Shown piece by piece: positions 31,170-42,955 of a stretch of 64,000 nt of DNA (within the stretch, counting starts at the first letter, position 1; each line of letters starts with the position of its first letter). Made by a program: the position numbers and the translations under genes. This stretch comes from the human T2T-CHM13v2.0 reference genome, Homo sapiens, in NCBI RefSeq assembly GCF_009914755.1, contig NC_060926.1. One strand, written 5' to 3'. Under the pieces are notes generated by a model. It worked only from the letters and a program-made list of their open reading frames with translations, was not told the DNA's origin and searched no databases.

Positions 31170-32319
31170 CTAATATTAAACACTGAAGTAACAGTGAGCT
31201 ATATGTACATGTAAGAAAGATTAATAAAAACCAAATACGATAATTATTTACCAAATTACTCCAACTTAGGGTTGATAGTGTCTGTACTAGGTCCCAACAG
31301 CTCCAGACACAAGGCCAGAACCAGCCCCAGACAGGAAGCTATTCTATCACAGGGCACACACACTCAGGTCACACTTACTCAGACAGGGACAATTTAGGCG
31401 CCCATTAACCTAACATGTGCACTGCTTTGAGAAGTGGGAGAAAACTTTGAGTACCCAAAGAAAACTCATGCATACATGGGGAGAATGTGCAAATTCCACT
31501 CAGACAGTGGCTCCAGCCAGGAATGTTTTGTTTTCTAATCATCAGCATCCTAATGAATTTACGTTGAACGAAACAATGTTATTTGAGGACCTATTGTACT
31601 GACACATGCTTCTACATGAATAAACCTTGAAAATATGATGCTAAATGAAAGAAATCAGACACAAAAACCACAGAATATACAATTCCAGTTATATGAAGAG
31701 TCTAGAACATGCAAATCTATAGAAACTGATATTAGCAATTGCTTACATGGGGTAGAGAGTAGTTTGAGGGGAAATGAGAAGTAATTGAACAACTGTTACA
31801 GGTATATTTGGGGAATAATGAAAATATTCTAAATTTGACTATGGTGATGGTTGTGCGATTCTGTGAATACACTAAAAACCATGATTCAATTTTATGGTAT
31901 GTGAATTATATCTCAATAACGCTATTATATTGAAAACAACAACAGAAAAATTTAAAGTTGTGGACAAAATTAAATGAGTCTTATGTTTTAAAACTTTATT
32001 TGACTTTCATTTTGACTGCAAATGTCCCACCCTCATCAGGAGCAAATATTTACATCTGAGGATTACAAATTTTGGTGTTTGTGACCATTAGAAACACAGA
32101 GAAAATAAATAATATTTTAAGTTAAAATTTCATACGATTTTGTTAAAATTCTCACTTGTGGCCTTTCCCTTCCAGGCCAGCCCTTAATATCCTTTGCCAC
32201 TGCCCAAAGAGGGTCTGCAATATGCAGCTAGCAGAGCTGCGGGGATGCCAGCGGATGCTGAGCGGATGCCAGCTACAATGCGAGCAGTGCCTCTGGAAGG
32301 CCATGAGGGGCTCCAGATG

Positions 32320-32660
32320 TGAGTGGTGGATGTGGAATCCCAAAAGCCAGGAGCCCCTGCTCTGGCTATGAGACACTGAACAAGCCTCTGAACTTTTCTG
32401 GGTTTCCCATTCCTTTTTTAATTATTAGTACAAACGCTAAACCATGGTCTAGCAACTTCACAGGACCACTGTGAAAGATAAAACCAAAGTGTGTGAAAGC
32501 CACTTAAACACTTTTTAACTGCTTTACAAATGTATACTCAGCTATGGGAAGTGGTGCCAAAGTCCTCATTTTACAGATGAAGCACGGAGGGCTAGGGAGG
32601 AGTTACTGGACCACATGGTGGCAGAGGCGGGTCTAAAATCTGGATCTGACTTGCAATCCT
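32320..32660. mobile_element. MIR remnants (two, opposite orientations)
   Basis: caagcctctgaacttttctgggtttcccattcc (+) and cctcattttacagatgaagcacggagggc (-). Confidence 0.55.
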
Positions 32661-35600
32661 CTCCCTCCAGAGAAGAATCCTGGTCATCCACAGGCCATTC
32701 TCAGGACATACCCCTCTTTCAGGAAATTATAGGAATTGATTTCCTTTGCAATCCATGCATGTGGTTTTATAAGTCAATTAGTTCCCAAAATATACTGCAG
32801 GTTACCACATCTGTTACTTCAGAATATTGATGGTTTCTGGATAAGAAATTCTTGTTGTTTGCTGTTGGTTGACTGAAAAAGATTAAGGAAGTATCTTAGG
32901 TGGCCACTAAATTGACTGTTCAATTATCAATGGGCACATTTTGGACACTTTTTCTACTTTTGTATATTGCTCTCAGGAGAAAAACAAATGTTCAGAGGTC
33001 AGTATCAAATAATATAATTCATATGCAAAGTGCTTTATGGCTGTCAAATTTGCAAGGATAAACATGTTATTTCTAAGGTCAAATTTGCTATCTGTGGGAA
33101 AATGTATGTACTCCTGCATGAATTCCTTGAAATCATAATATACTATTAGGAAAAGTCTCCCGCTAACAGATTTCCTTGGCTGTGAGCATTTAAGCTAAGA
33201 GTCAGATATTTGCTTTAAAAAAAATTGCCGGACTCTAATGGGTCTGATCAGTCTAAGCCAGACCTGCAAAAGAAAGCAGGTCAACATTTCCATCCTGCCT
33301 CTTTGTAAAGGAAAATGTAACTAATCACACAAGCTCAATATTTAACATTAGTCCAAACTGAACCCTGACAAACACACTCTTTGAATGCTCAGCACCCTCT
33401 CCGCTGGCTGTACTTTCTGCCAAAACTTCACTGGCTGCTTCTTCGTGAGTCAAGGACGATGCCCAATGCCAGTACCTAATTATACTCCCACTTCTTAGTT
33501 GCACACTTCTTTCTTGGGGTCAATCATCCCTGGCTTCCATCCCTCATTGTCCCCTCACTCCATCCCAGCCACCCAAGTAAAATAAGAACCAGCACTCTGA
33601 ACTTTTCTTAAGACTACAAGTCTTACGCAGTCTGTTTTTTTTCTTTCTCTCCCCGTCTTGAATGTGGCTTCTTGAGAACAGGGATCATGTTTGACACGAC
33701 TATCTTTCACTCCACATACTTTTTACTCTTTGACAGAGCCTGCCATAGAACAAAGGCTCCATAGATATTTGATGGGTAAGCAAATACAATGAAGGACTGA
33801 ATGTAAAGGACTCATACTTGGAACAATGACACCTAGACCCTTGGCTTTGGGAATTGATTCTTGCCAGCAGAATAGAGCACAAGGCAGGCCCACCATCTTT
33901 CTGAGGTGCACGTCCCTTTCGAGGCTGCAAGCTCCTCAAAGCCAGAGGCCACGTCTTAATCCTCTCAGGGCTGGATCCTTGAGAGGCACTTGGGAAAAGC
34001 TAGTACATGACCGCCCCATAAAAATTCCAGCACAAAGAAGGGTCACTCTGGCATGTGCCAGGAGGGAGAGCATGCTTGAGTTGGGGTCATGGCCTGAGTC
34101 ATTTTTAAGGCTGAGAGTTTAATGATTTTTCTGTATGCCTATGACTGCCAATTCACAAATCACACACAGCCCTCCATGTAGTGTGTGGAAACAAGAGAAC
34201 CTCCCTCCCCCTAGGCCCCTGAGAAGCCACAGGCCATAAAGGCATCTAAACTGTGTCAGACATGAACCTGGTGTGGTACCAGAACTCTGCAAGTGCATGA
34301 GGATCTACCTGTCTCTAGGTCCTCAGTTTCTCTTTCTAGTCACTATTCTTTTTCTTCTTCTCTTTTATTGTTTTTCCTTTTTGCACACTGGGGCCTCATA
34401 TCTAATCTTTCCTTATGCCTTCCAGTCTCAGCTGTCTTGAGTGGCCTTCCCTCTCTACCTAACCCTCCTGCCCTTCCTCCTCACCTTGAACCATTTCAAA
34501 GGGCCCTCCCCAAGGATGCGGGTGCGGGGAAGTGAGTGGTTTAGAAACCACACCTTTTCCATGCCTCAGTGGCCTGCCTGGCCACCCTCTTTCTATGCCT
34601 TTGCCCCAGTGCAGTGTCTGGATTGGACTTGTAGAAATGACCCAAATTGTGGTTATGCTTTCAATACAGTCATGGTGCTGCTTTTGAACATGGGGGCGTC
34701 TCCACTCGAATACATGAGTCCAATGCATATACGTCAAGAGACTTGAAACAAACCCACCTTGGACTGCGCTAATTCGCTGCCTATGGTCTACCCTAGTGAA
34801 ATTCTATCAAACAAAAAGCTTCTTTTGTTCAAAGGTGTTCATTACAGTTTTATTTGTTGTAAACAAAAATAATGTAAGCAATGTACGCACCTAAGGATAG
34901 TAGCCCATTTTATTTATAAAACACAGTAACACAAAAATATGTACATTATGTTATGTTAAAAGACAAGATCCCAAATTATCTATTTATTGCATTCAAAAGT
35001 GTGTTAAAATGCATAGGGAAAAAGAAAACTATAAAATATCTCCCCTCATACCCAGCACAGGCCTCATGTATTGTCCGATAAGTTGCCCCCCCCATCAGAA
35101 GAAGGTCCTGGCTTTCAGGGTTGCTGAGAGGGAGTGAAGGAGTGTAGCTCCATGTGGCTGACATGAGGCAGCCTCTCCTCACTGCTTCCCTGGCTGGTTT
35201 GGAAAACAGGCTTATTATTTGCTATCTGTGCACATAGCAGGTGTGCACATGGCCATGTTGAGCTTCTCATTCAGAACCAGTTTCCCGAAGCAGATTTGCT
35301 CTGGTTTGAATTTAGCATCCTGGACCTGCATCCTCCTTTGGGGTGAATCCATCCACACCTCAGACATTGATCAAGGGCCAGTCCTTCCCTTACGGAGCTC
35401 TTGGCTGAGGGGGACACAGGCACAATCTCCTTCCACTCTTGTGGGATCCTCTGGAATTCCAAAAGCTTGTAACATCTTCAGACATGAGTGGGCCGCTTGG
35501 CACTGGACACACACAGAGGTCCATGTTTGGCTTTTGTCCTTTGACATTACATCTTGATACCCTTTCCGCTTCAGTATAAAGGGAATGCGTCATGATGTTT

Positions 35601-36591
35601 TCACAACTGCACAGGATCTCAATACTTGGGCGTATCATTATTTTACAAGTCTTTAATCAGTGAGTATTTAGGTTCTTCCCAGTTCTTTCCCATTACAAAC
35701 ATGGCTGTAATGACTGTCCCTGTATACAGTAGGCATATTTTTAGTTCTAATACATCAGACCAGACTGTTTTCCAGAAATACTGAACTTACATTTCCCCAG
35801 GAAGATCTAAGAGTGCCCATTTCCCCAGTATCTCCAGCACTAGGTGATGATATTTGGCAAAAGAACAAGCAGAAGAAATGGTTTTGTTTGCATTTCTCTA
35901 TTAGTGAGGTTGAGCATATTTTCATACTGTTGTCAGGCTTTGGTGTTTTCTCTGTAAGTCCTGCAAATCACGTATTCAGCATATGTTCCCATAAGTTGTA
36001 TTAAATGGTTTATCATTTTTTTCCATTTGTAGGAGCTTTTAGTATATTATGCCGTCTCATCTAATAGTACTCAATGGGTATGTGTCACACATGGGTCATA
36101 AGGACGCTGAAGTGTAGTGAATACTCCTCCGGCAGCCTGGACGGCCTGAGGCACCATCCCTCAGGCCTTGTCGCTAAGGATGCATGCAGTCCCATCCATT
36201 TACCCCATTCATCCACACGATGCAGAGCTCATATTCTCTACTTTTATATGTGTTGTGGCATGAAGTAAGTTGGCAAGTGTTATTTCACACATAGATCTTT
36301 ATGTGGCATATGGAGTGCAATTTGTGTGTACTCTTTTAGTATTTTCCTTTGTTTATGGTATTACTTAACATAGACTTTTTGTCATCATATAAAATCACAT
36401 TTGATATTCCCATCTCATTGTTCAACTGGCTATTGTTTCCACAAGGACAAGAATTTGTATTTGTTTTGCCCACTGTACATCTTTAGAGCCTAGAACAGCA
36501 TCTGGCATACAACAGATGCTCAATAAACATTAGTTAAACTAGTGAATTAACTGCAATGCAATGTGGAAAGTGCAGTGTAGTAGAGCTGCAT

Positions 36592-36597
<6 letters not shown>

Positions 36598-36636
<39 letters not shown>
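36598..36636. repeat. (TG)n microsatellite
   Basis: About 19 perfect TG units. Confidence 0.98.
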
Positions 36637-36638
<2 letters not shown>

Positions 36639-37929
36639 TTTTGTCCTTAAAGAAGTAAGGCTTAACTTAATTGGGGATGGGGAAGGTGCTGCTGTGAATC
36701 TTTCTCAGTATTTGTTTTTCTTAGTGCATCTTTCCCTTTCTCTTTGCATTTCACATGGCAGCCTGTTCAGTGCCTCCCTTCTCTGAGCCAGAGGATTAGG
36801 GATGAGAGAGGATATGGGATGAGGTCAAGACTATGCAGGGGTTCACTGGAGTTCACTCCAAGAACAAGCTTCCAAGAGGCACTCCATCCAAGTCCTCTCA
36901 CAGCACTGAAGCAGAGCCTGTTTGCAGCTGCCAGGCTTTCTAGACTTGGCTGCCCCTGGTTGCCACAGCACTACACAAATCAGCCAGGTCCCACTTTCCT
37001 CTACTACTTCCAATATCAGAACCTCGACTACTACAGAGAAACAGAGAAAGTATAGGCAAGCAAGACTCATAGAAGAGGTGGGTGTGGGTGGTGGTGCAAA
37101 GCACTGAGAGAGATGAGTGAAAAGGAGGCAGGCATGAGCTCAGGTCCTGCCTCTGTCCATTACTGGTGCATGATCTTGTGCTTTAGATAAATTGTTTTGG
37201 ACCTGGGGATTTGGTATGTAAAATGGTAATAGCATCACCTATCATAGCATTGTGATAATTATGTGCCACAAAGTGTCTAAAACTTTTAGATGATCAATAA
37301 TAGTTGTTATTGAAAAAGCACTATTTCTAGAGGCACTTATCTCCATTTATTCTGTACAAACACTCCTTTGACAAGACTTGTACATATTTGCAAATAGCCT
37401 CCCACCATGTTTACACTGCAAGTACAGAGCTACCTATGACACCAGATGTGCTATCACAAATTATTGTTGGATTTCCTCACCTTGTTTAGAGCATGTTTTA
37501 TCATTCCTACTCTGCTGCCAGGGTACTTGCAGGCTGGAGGAGGCTCAAGGAAGGCTTCAGGCTTCAGATGCATTGGTGCTCAGCCATCAGGGATTCCGCT
37601 CTAAGACTTAGGGCTGTGCCTACTCTCAGGGAGAAGCTCAGTCAGAACTGCAGAGTACTCAGATGAGAGAACAATGTTGAGGGAACAAGATTGTTGCTGC
37701 TTGTGCCTCCTCTGTTCCAGCAAGCCTGTGCTGGTGTCCCACTGTTATTCATAGTGCCACTGGAGTCCCCAGTCTACCCTCATCTAACCTGCCCCTGCCC
37801 TTCATAGTGCCAATCGCACTTCAAGACCCAGCCCACATGCCACTTTCCACCTCTTTCCTTCTACCTCTATCATTGACTGTCATCTTCCTTGTACTTTTAC
37901 AATACAGACAGCAGTTCATGTCATGATGA

Positions 37930-39810
37930 GACTTTGCATCCTAGATGGTGGGCTGGGCACACACATTGGTCTTGTGTTCTCTCCTAAGACCCTGAAATGA
38001 CAGCAGAAGCATAAATGGGAAGAAATCTACCTTGAAACATGGACCATGAGAAGGCGGTCATCAGTGGTCAAAAGATACCCAAAAAATTTCTGGAAGATAA
38101 AGAAAGAAAAATGGCACCTTATTACCACTTAGAGTGACAGGAGCTATAGCTCAGAATTCTGGAGAGGAACAGGGTCACAGTCAGCAGGGGTGGGGAACAA
38201 ATAGGAGGCAGCTAATATTTGGCCTGACATTGAACCCAGGTAAAAACACACATATGAACAGCAGAAAGGAGCTGAGGCTTCTAGGGTGATTGCTGGAGCC
38301 ATGGATTATAGCACAGACAACCTTGGCAATGGGGAAGGGGCTGCAGTGGATGAGAGAAGGTGATGAGTCAATGGTTGTCTCCCATTCACCTTGAATCAAA
38401 CCCTGCCAGAAACAGGGGCAATGATACACAAACAACCTTCCTTGCCAGGAAAAAGACTTATCTACCATCAGGGGACAAAAGAGAACTCAAAAATTTCAAT
38501 GTTTATCCTAAAATGTTAAAATAAATGTTAGATTTAATTTTTAAAAGAATTGGATACTATTTAAAAAAAAAGAAGAAGAGATAATAAGAACAAGTTGTTG
38601 GGAAAAGAAGAAAAAGATTGCCAAAAATATTTAATTAGGATGCCTAGAAAATAATGTCAGGAAATTGTATTTTCCAAGTGACGGAGTTAAGGAGATGACA
38701 GAAAAGAGGCATTAAGTTTCAGTGAAGGTGCTCCAAGGAAAAAAGGACATAAAATAGGGGTGAAGAAATAATAGAAGAATTGTAAAGAAATAATGGAAGA
38801 GTGACTTCCCAGAGCTAGAGAGAAGCATAAGTCATTGCACTGAAAGACCGTATTACAAATTGAGCAGAATAAATGAAAAATAACTCCCATGTCAACACAT
38901 GTTTCTGAAACTCCAGAAGACCAAGAATAATAAAGGATTAAAAAGCTTCAAGAGAAAGAAAAAAGAAACTCCTTAGAAACTCCTGAGAATCAGACTGATA
39001 CCATATTTCTCTTTAGCAACACTTATGTAAGACAGAATGGTGCAACAGCACCAAGTTCTAAGGGAAATTATTTCAATCCTAGAGTTGATACCAAGCCAAA
39101 AGCCAAATTATTAATCCAACAGGAAGGCAAAATAAAGATATTTTCAGACACGGAGAGACTCAGAAATTTTGCCACGCATACATCCTTCCTGAAGAAATTA
39201 CCTAAAATCTAACAAAAGGAGGAATGAAATTCAAGATAAAGAAAAACAAAGAGTGCAATAACAATAGGCCTAACCAAAAGTCCAATAAAAAGAAAATGTA
39301 GGATTCCAGCTGTCTAGTGATGCAACAGTCCATGAAAGAAGATGGTATGGCGGGCTCTCAGCAGAAAATCATCAAGAAAAATAGAATACAGCCCTCTCAA
39401 TAACATGCACAAGAAGCCAGAAACTCTTAGCGATATGATAAAGGGAGGGTACGTTGGTTTCTCCTTGATGAACATAATCATATGCACTTAGGAAAAAATC
39501 AAAGCAAACAAATGAAATAGGATGGCAGAGCAATTCAAGGAGAGTGGACTCCTCTAAGGATGCAGGGAGGAGAATGGAGGTTGTGGAGGTAAAAGCAAAC
39601 TTCACGTGAAACTATAACATTTAGTTATTTTTTTAAAAAAATCTGAAGCAAAAGAAAAAAGGCAATTGCATTTGGAAAATGGGACTGAGGGTGGGAAAGA
39701 ATGAGGCAAGTTTGAAACGGGTACTATTCTTTTCTATCATAAGACCTTAGCAGCCCTGGTTTCCTTCCCAGATACACATATTATCCAGATAAAAGTTTTG
39801 AAATTAATCA
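37930..39810 (+). mobile_element. HAL1-like (half-L1) or very old L1 ORF1 remnant
   Basis: ORF1-like motifs (agaatcagactgataccatatttctc, gaaggcaaaataaagatattttcagacac) with no ORF2 following. Confidence 0.6.
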
Positions 39811-40473
39811 ACTTCATTTTAATGTATTAAGAGTCCAGACATTCTGACTATGTTGCTCTGGGTGGAATGTGAGATCGTTGCTTTTCAAAAACCCCTCTGG
39901 TGCCTCTACTGTCAGCCTGTCCTAAGGATGGCACTGAGGAGTCTGCACTGATGGGTTTCTCTCTTGGGGGAACCTCTTGGCCCACCCATTTGCACATGGA
40001 TAGAGAGCTGGTGCACCTTCCTCCCTCCCTCAGCAGTGTACATCACCTTCTTAGAAAAGCATGGAGATCTCTAGATTCACCAGGGTTTGCCTTCTCTTCT
40101 CCCACAGCACTTTGGACTAAACGCATAAGGGGCACTTAATTACTCCTCTGACTCTTAAAGTTAGAAAGCAGTTAAAAGATCATCAAGTTCTTAAATTAAC
40201 ATTCTGATCAGCAGTGGATTAGCAAAAGATATAAAAGCAGGCCTCAAAATAACTTCCCTGGAGTCATTTAGTCTGTAAAAGGCATATTTCACAATCCTGC
40301 ATCTACTCAAGAGAGCCAATTGCCCAGGGAGCCATAAGATCTAGGACATTCAGGGCATGTGAGCTCCCCATTTCCTCTCCCTCCAAGAACTCCTATTCAT
40401 TCTTCAAAACCCAATATATTGTTGTCTTTTACAGCATCTGATTTCAATTCCACTTAACACATTTTTGTATATG

Positions 40474-40791
40474 CAGTCAGTCCTCTGTATCCACAGATTC
40501 TCCATCCACTGATTCAACCAACCACAGATCAAAAATATTTAGAAATCAATCAATCAAAAATAATACAACAATTTAAAAATAATACAAATTTTTAAAATAC
40601 AGCATAACAACTATTTACATAGCATTTATATTGTATTAGGTATCATGAGCAATCTAGTGACGATTTTAAGTATAAGGGAGGATATGCATAGGTTATTTGG
40701 AAATGCTATGCCATTTTCTATCAGACACTTGAGCATGGGTATCCAAGGGAGTCCTGGAACCACTCTCCCTGTCCATCCTGAGGGACTAGTG
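40474..40791. mobile_element. MER2-like TcMar-Tigger DNA transposon
   Basis: cagtcagtcctctgtatcc...gattcaaccaacc...acaactatttacatagcattt...gtcctggaacc...gagggactagtg. Confidence 0.85.
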
Positions 40792-40868
40792 AAGTTAAAC
40801 CTCAATAAAATGTATCAATTCTAATATGTTATGTAATAAAATTTTGCACAAGGGACTCTACAACATTC

Positions 40869-41111
40869 TCACGTGGGCACGTAAGTTTACCTCAGATTAA
40901 AGTTCCTCTCTTACCATCTCCAAGCCTGTATTTGAACTTCTTGGAAGTTTGCTACTGACCAGAAAGGGATTCATCTGGTAGTGATATCCGTTTGAAGTCA
41001 GAGCTGCACATCTACTTACAGAATCTGTGCGGGTGAGGACACCCCTCAGCACACGTGCAATCTGGGGGCTAAATGCTGGGTGCACTCCACGTGGTGGCAG
41101 TCACGTGGGCA
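40869..41111. promoter_or_regulatory. Candidate bHLH enhancer (E-box cluster)
   Basis: CACGTG at 40870, 41052, 41088 and 41102, plus CACGTA at 40878. Motif evidence only. Confidence 0.4.
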
Positions 41112-41280
41112 ATCACAAGTGAAAAAATGAAAACGCTGCATTCTGCGGAGTGCAAACACACTGCCACAAATTGCATTTGGAAAATAGGACTGAGTCGGTC
41201 CTTATGTCAGCAAAGAAAGTGAGCAAAGAAATATGTTAGCAAAGAAAGTGAGGCATGACCTCAAAAACCAGCGTTTCTGT

Positions 41281-42955
41281 TCAAGGAAATAAGAGAGGGC
41301 ACAAACAAATGGAAAAATATTCTATGCTCATGGATAGGAAGAATCAATATCATGGAAATGGCCACACTGCCCAAAGTAATTTATAGAATCAAATGCTATT
41401 CCCATGTAACTACCATTGATAGTCTTCACAGAATTAGAAAAAACTACTTCAAAATTCATACGGAACCAATAAAGAGCCAGTATAGCCAAGACAATGCTAA
41501 ACAAAAGGAACAAAGCTAGAGGTATCATGCTACCTGACTTCAAACTATACTACAAGGCTACAGCAACCAAAACAATATGGTACTGGTACAAAAACAGACA
41601 CATAGACCAATGGAACAGAATAGAAATCTCAGAATAAGACCACACATTTATAACCATCTGATCTTCAACAAACCTGACAAAAACAAACAATGGGGAAAGG
41701 ATTCCCTATTTAATGAATGGTGCTGGGAGAACTGGCTAGCCATATACAGAAAACAGAAACTGGACTCCTTCCTTACACTTTATACAAAAATTAACTCAAG
41801 ATGGATTAAAGACTTAAATGTAAAACCCAAAACTATAAAGACTCTAGAAGAAAACCTAGGCAATACCATTCAGGATATAGTCATGAGCAAAGATTTCATG
41901 ATGAGAATGCCAAAAGCAATTACAACAAAAGCAAAAATTGAGAAATCGGATCTAATTAAACTTAAGAGCTTCTGCACAGTTTGTGAAACTATCCTCAAAG
42001 TGAACAGACAACCTACAGGATGGGAAAAAAGTTTTTGCAGCCTATCCATCTGACAAAGGTCTAATATACAGAATCTACAAGGAACTTAAACAAATTTACA
42101 AGAAAAAACAACCCCATTAAAAAGTGGGAAAAGACATTTCTCAAAAGAAGACATGTATGTGGCAAAAATGCTCAACACCACTGATCATTAGAGAAATGCA
42201 AATCAAAACCACAATGAGATAACATCTCACGCCAGTGATAATGGCAATTATTAAAAAGTCAAGAAATAAGAGATGTTGGCAAGGGTATGGAGAAATAGGA
42301 ACACTTTTACACTGTTGGTGGAAATGTAAACTAGTTCAACCACTGTGGAAGACAGTGTGGCAACTTCTCAAAGACCTAGAAGCAAGAATACCATTTGACC
42401 CAGCAATCCCATTACTGAGTATATAGCCAAAGGAATATAAATCATTCTATTATAAAGATACATGCACACGTATGTTCACTGCAGCACTATTCACAATAGC
42501 AAAGAAACAGAATCAACCCAAATGCCCATCAATGATACATTGGGTAAAGAAAACGTGGTACATACACATGATGGAATACTATGTAGTCATAAAAAGGAAC
42601 GAGATCATGTTCTTTGCAGGGACATAGATGGAGCTGGAAGCCATTATTCTCAGCAAACTAACACAGGAACAGAAAACCAAACACTGCATATCCTCACTTA
42701 TAAGTGGGAGCTGAAATATGGGAACACATGGACACAGGGAGGGCAACAACACACACTGGGGCCTGTTGGCGGGGTCAGGGGAGGGAGAGCATTAGGATAA
42801 ATAGCTAATACATGCGGGGCTTAATTATCTAGGTGATGGGTTGATAGGTGCGGCAAACCACCATGGCACACATTTACCTATGCATGTTCTGCACATGTAT
42901 CCCAGAATTTAAAATAAGACAATAAATAAATAAATAAATAACATACATAAAAGAA
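41281..42955 (+). mobile_element. 5'-truncated primate L1PA (older subfamily, approx. L1PA10-13)
   Basis: ORF 41577-42053 is an ORF2 C-terminal fragment ([26 protein letters not shown]; [26 protein letters not shown]). L1PA 3'UTR with G-rich tract and A-rich tail. Confidence 0.95.

Noticed and set aside
41577-42426. 158-aa and 63-aa ORFs as genes
   Set aside because: Frameshifted fragments of L1 ORF2 in a 5'-truncated element.
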